DNA of 64,000 nucleotides from positions 42,075-106,074 of IMG/VR virus record IMGVR_UViG_3300042892_000474; one strand, 5' to 3'. The DNA is from a virus. Positions within the stretch are counted from its first letter, which is position 1. Each line of letters begins with the position of its first letter. Made by a program: the position numbers and the translations under genes. The notes beneath the pieces were generated by a model. That model ran no database searches and was not told the DNA's origin. It worked only from the letters and a program-made list of their open reading frames with translations. This document shows, piece after piece, positions 56,295 through 64,000 of the stretch.

Positions 56295-59200
56295 ATGCTA
56301 AGAGATGTTTTTTATTACGGAAAAAAACCCAATGTTCATCCTAAGGAACAACCTGCTAAAAATCTAGTAGATGCTAGAAAGAAAGCAACGACAGAACATT
56401 TTTGGGTTATAAATGAATTCTGTGATTACACCAAATTCGATTGGAATTTTGATTTTGAGTTTTTATCTGACGGTGATGTTTGGGCAGAAGAACACAATAA
56501 TGTGTGGCCAAGTAAGCACCAGAAAGATAGCGGTACCTGGCTGTGTACAAAGAAGCGTAGTGATGTTATTGTGTATCGGTGCGATGTTGAACCTCTCAAG
56601 AGGAAGAATATAGTATCTGATAATTGGAAGATATTAGAAAACATCAATATAGAAAAGTGGGACTTTAGTTGGCACCCAGATCCAACTGACCCTCCGTTTG
56701 TTTACAAGTGGGGTTCTAAGTATGCGCCTGCAGAACTAAACACTTGTTTAGAATATACGGTAGAAGGTGCTACTGATATAAAGTACATGAACACCATTGT
56801 GGAATTGTTACCTAATTGGGATTGCATTGTTGAAGTACAAAAAGTAGATCAGATTCGATGGGATATGAGTTGGAGACCTGATCCAATGGATCCTCCATTC
56901 ATATATGTATGGGGTAACAAATATGTAGATGGTAAGCTAAAATCAACATTAGAATATCATGTGCCGAATGCAACTGAAAAGAAGTATATGAATGAATTAG
57001 TTCCAGTGTTACCTGAATGGGACCGCTGGGATATTCTACATGACATAGACAAAACATCATTTGATTTCTGCTGGAGACCTGACCCGCGTGAACCTGATTA
57101 TATCTATGTATTCGGTAATGAGCAATACGAAGGTGGGGTAATGCCTACCGTAGAGTATCGTATGCCTTTGGCTACTGAAAGAAAATATCTGTACGATATG
57201 AAAGCTAAGTTGAGTCCTCATCCAGAGAAGTTTGAGCACCTAGAAAAAGCAGATGGTATAGATTATAGTTGGGTACCTGATCCAACTGCACCTCCTTACA
57301 TCTATGCATGGGGAAATCAATGGAACAAACCTGAAGATAAAGTATCGATACAATATGTAGTTGATGGTGCTACTGAATACAGATACATGGAACAACGTAG
57401 TAAACGTAAGCCATCAATGGACAATTGGATAGTACCGGACAATGTTGATACAACTGGATTTGACTTTTCATGGGAACCTAGTCCAGCAGACCCTGCATAC
57501 ATATACGAGTTTGGCACTCAATGGCAAAAGACAGGTGGACCTCGCTATATAGTAGAGGGAGCAACAGAAGTTAAGTATGTTGAATTTCAAAAAGTAAAAG
57601 CATTATCTACTACAGCTAATTGGTCTATCCCTACTAACTGTGATGTAACCGGATTTGATTTTAGCTGGCATCCCGATAGCACAAGCCCACCATATACATA
57701 TCACTTTGCTACTCAATGGGCATTAACAGGCGGACCTATATATAACATGGAAGGGGCAACAGAAGTTAAGTATGTTGAACATCCATCTGCTATAGCATTA
57801 CCAAGTAAAGAAAATTGGGAAGTTCCTAGTTATATTGATAGCACACAATTTGATTTCTCGTGGCATCCATATGTAGAAGATCAACCATATGTCTATCAGT
57901 TCGGCACACAACATCAAAAGACAGGTGGCCCTCGGTATGTTACCCCTGGGGTAATTCCTTCGAGTCCAATAAAATATGTTGATACTCGTATCATTAGCTC
58001 TGTTCGAAAGCCAAACAAAAATAACTTTGCGATATTGAACAACTACAAGATCAAAAATTTCGATTGGTCGTGGCACCCAGATGACACCGATGAACCATAC
58101 ATTTATGTATTTGGTAATACACAACATCCGGCAGAAGTTATGCCCACGATTGAATACGCTGTCGCAGGCGCAACTCAGGTAAAGTATGTTAGTAATGTAG
58201 TAGCAACATTGGATGTTGATATGACTAACTGGGAAGTACCTTCGGATATAGATACAACTGACTTTGACTTCACTTGGAAACCTAATCCTAAAGATCCGGC
58301 GTTTATATATCAGTTCGGTACACAATGGCAAAAGACCGGCGGACCTCGTTACGTAGTACCTGACGCTGACGAAGTTAAGTATGTGACCACACATAAAGTA
58401 AAGGCTTTAGTTTCACGTGATCACTGGACCGTACCTACTAATATTGAAGTAACTGATTTTGATTTTAGCTGGCACCCGGACGATACAAGTCCTCCTTATA
58501 TATATTATTTTGCCACTCAGTGGGCATTGAGTGGCGGCCCGATATACACTGTACCCGGGGCGACAGAAGTTAAGTATGTCGAAGACCTTGTGGCAAGAGC
58601 CCTGCCGGACAAAACTAATTGGGAAATTCCCGAGTCAGTTGACAAAGAATTGTTTGATTACTCATGGCATCCGTACGTTGAGGATGAACCATATATCTAT
58701 CAGTTCGGCACACAACATCAAAAGACAGGTGGACCTCGGTATATAACACCCGGAACTATTGCTTCTAGTCCTATAAAATATATTGATACACGTATCATAC
58801 GGTCTATCAGAAAACCTAGCAAGAAAAACTTTGCTATATTAAACAACTACAAAATCAAAGAGTTTGACTGGTCATGGCATCCTGATGAAACAGATGAACC
58901 ATATATTTACGTATTCGGGAACAATCAGTATCCTCCTGAAATAATGCCTACGATTGAATATGTTGTTCCTGGGGCTAAACAAATAAAATATGTATATGAT
59001 GTGATTGCAACTTTAGGAGAAGATAAAACCAATTGGGTAATTTCTAGTCCTATAGACGAATCAGCATTTGATTTTAGTTGGAAACCTAATCCCAAAGACC
59101 CTCCCTACATATATCGTTGGGGTAATGCGTATGTTAGTAATAAATATAAGCCTACCGTAGAATATCATGTATCTGACGCAACAGAAATCAAATATATGGA

Positions 59201-62200
59201 TGATTTGGTTAATGTAACTCCTGAGTGGGATCGATGGATCATACCAAGCAATGTAGATGTTACTGGGTTCGATTTTAGTTGGAGACCTGACCCATTAGAA
59301 CCAAATTTAATTTGGCAATTCGGAACACAGTGGCAAAAGACAGGTGGGCCTACTTACACTATGCCTGACGCAGTAGACATAAAGTATATAGACTTTCAAA
59401 AAGTTAGGATTTTGCCTAACTCAACTGCAAGTAACTGGGAGCTTCCTAAAACAGTTGACGTTAGTAACTTTGATTTTAGCTGGCATCCAGACGATACTAG
59501 TCCTCCATACATCTATCATTTTGCTACTCAGTGGGCGTTAACTGGTGGACCAGTGTATACTGTCCCCGGAGCTACTGAAACAAAATACTTAGAAGAACCA
59601 AATGCGGTAGCTCTAGTAAACAAAGATAATTGGGAAGTACCTGACAACATAGACGTTGATGCATTTGATTTTTCTTGGCATCCATATGTAGAAGATCAAC
59701 CATATATATACCAGTTTGGTACTCAGTGGCAAAAGACAGGTGGACCTCGTTATATTACACCGGGTGTTATTCCTTCAAGTCCCGTAAAGTATATTGACAC
59801 ACGTATTCTTAAGGCAACTAGAAAAGTAAGTAAGAAAAACTTTGCAATTTTAAACAACTACAAAATCAAAGAATTTGATTGGTCATGGCACCCGGACGAA
59901 ACTGATGAGCCATACATTTATGTATTTGGTAATACACAACATCCGGCCGAAATAATGCCTACAGTTGAATATGTAGTTACAGGCGCAAAGCAAATCAAAT
60001 ACATCAATGATGTTATTGCGGTGTTAGACATTGATATGACTAACTGGGAAGTACCGTCAGACACTGATACTTCTGCATTTGATTTCAGTTGGAAACCTAA
60101 TCCCAAAGATCCAGCGTTTATATATCAATTTGGTACGCAATGGCAAAAGACAGGTGGCCCTCGTTATGTAGTACCCGGTGCTGACGAAGTTAAGTACGTG
60201 ACAACACATCAAGTAACTGCATTGCCTACTAAAAATAACTGGACAGTTCCTACGTATGTTGATACTACTGGATTTGATTTTAGTTGGCACCCAGACGATA
60301 CTAGTCCTCCATACATCTATCATTTTGCTACTCAGTGGGCATTGACTGGCGGACCTATATATACTGTATCTGGCGCTACCGAAACAAAATACTTAGAAGA
60401 ACCAAGCGCAGTTGCATTGCCTAATAAAGATAATTGGGAAGTACCTGACTATGTTGATATTAGTGATTTTGACTTTTCATGGCACCCGTACGTAGAAGAT
60501 CAACCATATGTCTATCAGTTCGGCACTCAATGGCAGAAGACAGGTGGACCTCGGTATGTTACCCCTGGGGTAATTCCTTCGAGTCCTATCAAGTATATTG
60601 ATACACGTATTCTAAAATCTAAAAGATTACCTAACAAAAAGAACTTTGCAATTTTAAACAACTACAAGATCAAGGATTTTGATTGGGCATGGCATCCAGA
60701 TGACACTGATGAACCATACATTTATGTATTTGGTAATACACAGCACCCGGCCGAAATAATGCCCACAGTTGAATATGTAGTGCCAGGAGCAAAACAAATC
60801 AAATACATCAATGATATTGTCGCTACATTAGATGTTGACATGACTTGTTGGAATATACCCAACAATGTAGACATAACCGATTTTGATTTCAGTTGGAAGC
60901 CTAATCCTAAAGATCCTGCTTTCATATATGAGTTTGGCACTCAATGGCAAAAGACAGGTGGCCCTCGTTATGTAGTACCTGATGCAACAGAAGTCAAATA
61001 TGTTACTACCCAACATGTAACAGCTTTAGCTAATCATGACAATTGGACGTTGCCTGCTAACATTGACGTAACTGATTTTGACTTTAGCTGGCACCCAGAT
61101 GCAACAAGTCCTCCTTATAATTATCACTTTGCAACTCAGTGGGCATTGAGCGGTGGTCCTATCTATAAGATGAATGGAGCTATTGCAACTAAGTACATGG
61201 ATTCTCCAAGTGCAAAAGCATTACCCAATAAAGATAATTGGGAAATACCTACTGACATTTCAGAAATTGAATTTGATTTCTCATGGCATCCTTACGCAGA
61301 AGACGATCCATACATATATCAGTTTGGTACTCAATGGCAAAAGACAGGTGGACCTCGGTACGTGACCCCGGGTGCGAAAAGAAGTGCACCAGTCAAGTAC
61401 ATTGATACACGTATTCTTACTGCAAAGAAATTGCCTACTAAGGACAAATTTACAGTATTAAACAACTTATCAGTTGCATCATTTGATTGGTCATGGCACC
61501 CGGATGAAACTGACGGAGAGTTTATATATGTGTTTGGTAACACTCAATATTCTGCCGAAGTCATGCCTACGATTGAATATCGTTCAAGTCCTTATGCAGA
61601 AAAAGTAAAGTATGTCAATGACGTTAAAGCCGTTCTTGCAACTGATCTTAAAGATTGGGAGATACCTACTAACATTGATGTAAGTGAGTTTGACTTTAGT
61701 TGGAAACCTAATCCAAATGATCCTCCTTATATCTATCAATTCGGTACTCAATGGCAAAAGACAGGTGGACCTAAGTATTCAGTAGAAGGTGCTACTGAAA
61801 TCAAATATGTTGAAGGATCTACCGCAAAATCAATTGCTTCTAAAAAGCAATGGATCGTTCCTGCAACTATTGATAGCACACAGTTTGACTTCAGTTGGCA
61901 TCCTGACGAAACTGAAGAACTATATGTGTATCAATTCGGTACACAATGGCAGAAGACAGGTGGACCTAAGTATATTACTACAGGCTCTACTAGTGATACC
62001 CCGGTAAAGTATTGTGCTGATGTTAAAGCAAGACAATTGCCAAACAAGAAAAACTTTAATACGCTGATAGAGCATGAGATAAAAGAGTTTGATTATTCTT
62101 GGCATCCTGATGACAATGACAAGCCATACATTTATGTATTCGGTAACAACCAATATTCTGCTGAAGTAATGCCTACAGTTGAATATATAGTGCCAGGTGC

Positions 62201-64000
62201 AGTGCAAACAAAATACGTGCATGATGTAGTCGCCACGTTGAATAACAACAAAAAGAATTGGGAAATACCTAAGGATGTAATTGCAGAGAGTTTTGACTTC
62301 AGTTGGTTACCTCATCCAAAAGACCCTCCTTATATCTATCAGTTTGGTACTCAATGGCAAAAGACAGGTGGCCCTCGTTACGTAGTACCTGAGGCAACAG
62401 ATATTAAGTATATCACTGAATCAGTTGCTAAACGAAAGCAAGTAAAGACTAATTGGGTTATTCCTGCAGGAGTAGATACATCTACCTTCGACTTTAGTTG
62501 GCACCCAGATGAGTTAGCACCACCGTACATTTATCAGTTTGGTACAGTGACTGATGATAAAGATGGCCCTAGATATGTGCCAACAATCAACAACAGCGAA
62601 GTTGTGTTCAAACAACGAATATATAAACCAATAGAAGATGATGCTCCTTTAGTTGAAGATGTTACCATTGGTCAGTATTACATTGAAACAACACTAGAAG
62701 ATTTGGTAAATAAACATCCTAATGAAATATTCTGGGCATTGAATCCAAGCATTGATTATAAGTTATTTGATTTCGCATGGAGACCTGAGATTGTAACAAT
62801 CTCTTGGGAATCTGATTACGTTCACGTATTTGGTTCACCCGACTCACCTCTAACACAAACATACTTTGTTAACGCAAAGTCGTACATGTCAGGAAAGAAA
62901 GATTTTAAGTTTGTCGAAAACATTAAGTTGAGCGAAGAATATCTATCTACCTTGTTCGTAAAACCAGACATGTTCTTTGTTGACCGTGGTAACAGTGAAT
63001 CATCTGAACGTTTTGCATTATTAAAGAGTAAGTTTGGTAATATACAAAAGACCCGATATCTAAACAGTTGGGTTGATACCATCAATCGTTGTATTAATCG
63101 AAGCAGTACAGAACTATGCTGGATATTAAACAGCGAATTAGATTACAGTGATTTTGACTTCCACTACTATCCTAATCCATGGCAGATGAAAATGGTTCAT
63201 GTATTTGGGACCCAGTGGTCACACTGGGGTACAACCTTTATAGTTAACCGTGACACATTTTCTGCTGATACAAAATACATCAAGATTATTGAACACTTGA
63301 GCAATCTTAATTTTGTTAAGGATAGAATTGCTAAAGCTACTAACGTGTTGTATGATGTTTATTACATAGATCACGGTAACTCAGATAACTTGCCTAGCAC
63401 AAATGTTGTTCCGTACGACACTGATTACTTTACTACTTTCAAAAATATATTGTCAAAACTTCCTGAAAAGAAAGAACAATATATTTGGATAGCAAGTACA
63501 GTCTGTGACTATGAAGGTTTTGACTTTACTTATATTTGTGATCCATTTGCACGTGAACAGTTGCATGTATTCCCTAGCGACAGGCAAAAATTTGGTGATA
63601 CATTCTTAGTGAATGTTAACAAGTTGCGTGAGTTGATCGATAACATGGAGTCATTGAAAGATTATGACAAGATAAACTTTAACCAACATCAACGTACAAA
63701 ACGTTTAGCACCTCCTACTATCGTAACTGAGTTTGATACTCATGTTGCAAGCGTAATGCAAGACTTTGACTTCCCTTATGCTGTGTTTGTAACTGAGGAT
63801 AACAAAGACATAGTTGCTGTCGAGGAAGAACCAATGAGTTTATGGAATGTCGAGTCTAAAAACATTCTTATCACTAGCACCGGTGGTACACGCATCGTTG
63901 TTCCTAAAGAAGCAAAACAATATGTTGAGACACAACTATATGACTACCCATACATTAAAACATCGTCACGATTAGCAAGAAGTAATCCTTTAGACATTGT
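56295..64000 (+). CDS. Giant repeat protein (>2568 aa, 3' truncated): degenerate GT-A-like domains flanking 30 FDFSW-x-P repeats; absent from the ORF track
   Basis: ATG directly follows the TAA of the carbamoyltransferase. Manual translation (MLRDVFYYGKKP...RSNPLDI) found no in-frame stop up to base 64000. Confidence 0.9.
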   Translation, partial: MLRDVFYYGKKPNVHPKEQPAKNLVDARKKATTEHFWVINEFCDYTKFDWNFDFEFLSDGDVWAEEHNNVWPSKHQKDSGTWLCTKKRSDVIVYRCDVEPLKRKNIVSDNWKILENINIEKWDFSWHPDPTDPPFVYKWGSKYAPAELNTCLEYTVEGATDIKYMNTIVELLPNWDCIVEVQKVDQIRWDMSWRPDPMDPPFIYVWGNKYVDGKLKSTLEYHVPNATEKKYMNELVPVLPEWDRWDILHDIDKTSFDFCWRPDPREPDYIYVFGNEQYEGGVMPTVEYRMPLATERKYLYDMKAKLSPHPEKFEHLEKADGIDYSWVPDPTAPPYIYAWGNQWNKPEDKVSIQYVVDGATEYRYMEQRSKRKPSMDNWIVPDNVDTTGFDFSWEPSPADPAYIYEFGTQWQKTGGPRYIVEGATEVKYVEFQKVKALSTTANWSIPTNCDVTGFDFSWHPDSTSPPYTYHFATQWALTGGPIYNMEGATEVKYVEHPSAIALPSKENWEVPSYIDSTQFDFSWHPYVEDQPYVYQFGTQHQKTGGPRYVTPGVIPSSPIKYVDTRIISSVRKPNKNNFAILNNYKIKNFDWSWHPDDTDEPYIYVFGNTQHPAEVMPTIEYAVAGATQVKYVSNVVATLDVDMTNWEVPSDIDTTDFDFTWKPNPKDPAFIYQFGTQWQKTGGPRYVVPDADEVKYVTTHKVKALVSRDHWTVPTNIEVTDFDFSWHPDDTSPPYIYYFATQWALSGGPIYTVPGATEVKYVEDLVARALPDKTNWEIPESVDKELFDYSWHPYVEDEPYIYQFGTQHQKTGGPRYITPGTIASSPIKYIDTRIIRSIRKPSKKNFAILNNYKIKEFDWSWHPDETDEPYIYVFGNNQYPPEIMPTIEYVVPGAKQIKYVYDVIATLGEDKTNWVISSPIDESAFDFSWKPNPKDPPYIYRWGNAYVSNKYKPTVEYHVSDATEIKYMDDLVNVTPEWDRWIIPSNVDVTGFDFSWRPDPLEPNLIWQFGTQWQKTGGPTYTMPDAVDIKYIDFQKVRILPNSTASNWELPKTVDVSNFDFSWHPDDTSPPYIYHFATQWALTGGPVYTVPGATETKYLEEPNAVALVNKDNWEVPDNIDVDAFDFSWHPYVEDQPYIYQFGTQWQKTGGPRYITPGVIPSSPVKYIDTRILKATRKVSKKNFAILNNYKIKEFDWSWHPDETDEPYIYVFGNTQHPAEIMPTVEYVVTGAKQIKYINDVIAVLDIDMTNWEVPSDTDTSAFDFSWKPNPKDPAFIYQFGTQWQKTGGPRYVVPGADEVKYVTTHQVTALPTKNNWTVPTYVDTTGFDFSWHPDDTSPPYIYHFATQWALTGGPIYTVSGATETKYLEEPSAVALPNKDNWEVPDYVDISDFDFSWHPYVEDQPYVYQFGTQWQKTGGPRYVTPGVIPSSPIKYIDTRILKSKRLPNKKNFAILNNYKIKDFDWAWHPDDTDEPYIYVFGNTQHPAEIMPTVEYVVPGAKQIKYINDIVATLDVDMTCWNIPNNVDITDFDFSWKPNPKDPAFIYEFGTQWQKTGGPRYVVPDATEVKYVTTQHVTALANHDNWTLPANIDVTDFDFSWHPDATSPPYNYHFATQWALSGGPIYKMNGAIATKYMDSPSAKALPNKDNWEIPTDISEIEFDFSWHPYAEDDPYIYQFGTQWQKTGGPRYVTPGAKRSAPVKYIDTRILTAKKLPTKDKFTVLNNLSVASFDWSWHPDETDGEFIYVFGNTQYSAEVMPTIEYRSSPYAEKVKYVNDVKAVLATDLKDWEIPTNIDVSEFDFSWKPNPNDPPYIYQFGTQWQKTGGPKYSVEGATEIKYVEGSTAKSIASKKQWIVPATIDSTQFDFSWHPDETEELYVYQFGTQWQKTGGPKYITTGSTSDTPVKYCADVKARQLPNKKNFNTLIEHEIKEFDYSWHPDDNDKPYIYVFGNNQYSAEVMPTVEYIVPGAVQTKYVHDVVATLNNNKKNWEIPKDVIAESFDFSWLPHPKDPPYIYQFGTQWQKTGGPRYVVPEATDIKYITESVAKRKQVKTNWVIPAGVDTSTFDFSWHPDELAPPYIYQFGTVTDDKDGPRYVPTINNSEVVFKQRIYKPIEDDAPLVEDVTIGQYYIETTLEDLVNKHPNEIFWALNPSIDYKLFDFAWRPEIVTISWESDYVHVFGSPDSPLTQTYFVNAKSYMSGKKDFKFVENIKLSEEYLSTLFVKPDMFFVDRGNSESSERFALLKSKFGNIQKTRYLNSWVDTINRCINRSSTELCWILNSELDYSDFDFHYYPNPWQMKMVHVFGTQWSHWGTTFIVNRDTFSADTKYIKIIEHLSNLNFVKDRIAKATNVLYDVYYIDHGNSDNLPSTNVVPYDTDYFTTFKNILSKLPEKKEQYIWIASTVCDYEGFDFTYICDPFAREQLHVFPSDRQKFGDTFLVNVNKLRELIDNMESLKDYDKINFNQHQRTKRLAPPTIVTEFDTHVASVMQDFDFPYAVFVTEDNKDIVAVEEEPMSLWNVESKNILITSTGGTRIVVPKEAKQYVETQLYDYPYIKTSSRLARSNPLDI
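56620..62600 (+). repeat. 30 tandem coding repeats of 195-210 nt with an 804-nt four-unit higher-order period
   Basis: FDFSW-like anchors at e.g. 57654, 57849, 58059, 58263, 58458 and 59469, 60273, 61077; spacings 195+210+204+195 = 804. Confidence 0.92.

Noticed and set aside
57500-62400. Recurring ~25-nt sequence (CAATGGCAAAAGACAGGTGG) as a CRISPR array
   Set aside because: Spacing is about 200-600 nt, the intervening DNA is itself repetitive and in frame, and no cas genes are present; it is a coding repeat.
56620-62600. Repeat protein as a RiPP precursor for the radical SAM enzymes
   Set aside because: Units are ~67-aa domain-like sequences related to the GT-like termini, with no leader/core organisation, protease or RRE evident; not excluded but unsupported.
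56413-63085. Short ORFs listed by the track in this region on both strands
   Set aside because: They are shadows of the long + strand ORF starting at 56295, which the track omitted, probably because it has no stop inside the window.
56295-64000. Diversity-generating retroelement template/variable repeats
   Set aside because: Differences between copies are mostly synonymous and not adenine-specific, and no reverse transcriptase is in the window.
1-64000. Stop-codon reassignment (no called gene ends in TAG)
   Set aside because: Very long ORFs are open under the standard code with no in-frame TAG and genes tile without gaps; TAG is avoided, not recoded.

Overview
This window is from a large (jumbo-type) tailed phage with a contractile-tail baseplate. 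It is AT-rich, densely coding, and all credible genes are on the + strand. Positions 1-27.6 kb are a baseplate/tail module: gp25-like and gp6-like wedge proteins, a 6493-aa mosaic structural protein, and two fibre-like proteins. Positions 27.7-64 kb are an almost gap-free, largely translationally coupled sugar-building and tailoring cluster. It encodes 3 GT-A glycosyltransferase-like proteins, 7 copies of a GT10-like (ET...TEK) domain in 6 ORFs, 4 twitch/SPASM radical SAM enzymes, 2 B12-dependent radical SAM enzymes, a GDP-mannose 3,5-epimerase-like SDR, an NDP-sugar 6-dehydrogenase/GT/methyltransferase fusion, 2 SGNH proteins, a shortened DegT aminotransferase, an amidinotransferase, an Fe(II)/2OG oxygenase-GT fusion and a carbamoyltransferase. 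The ORF track misses three genes: a 50-aa ORF (24627-24779), a 32-aa PFIY peptide (54712-54810) and a >2568-aa ORF (56295 to beyond the window end) built from 30 tandem ~67-aa repeats that resemble a fragment of a glycosyltransferase fold. T4-like late promoter motifs (ATAAATA) precede both structural and glycan genes. The best-supported hypothesis, which is inference, is a phage-encoded pathway that makes a heavily modified glycan for decorating the virion. All family assignments come from motif recognition by eye; no database searches were run.
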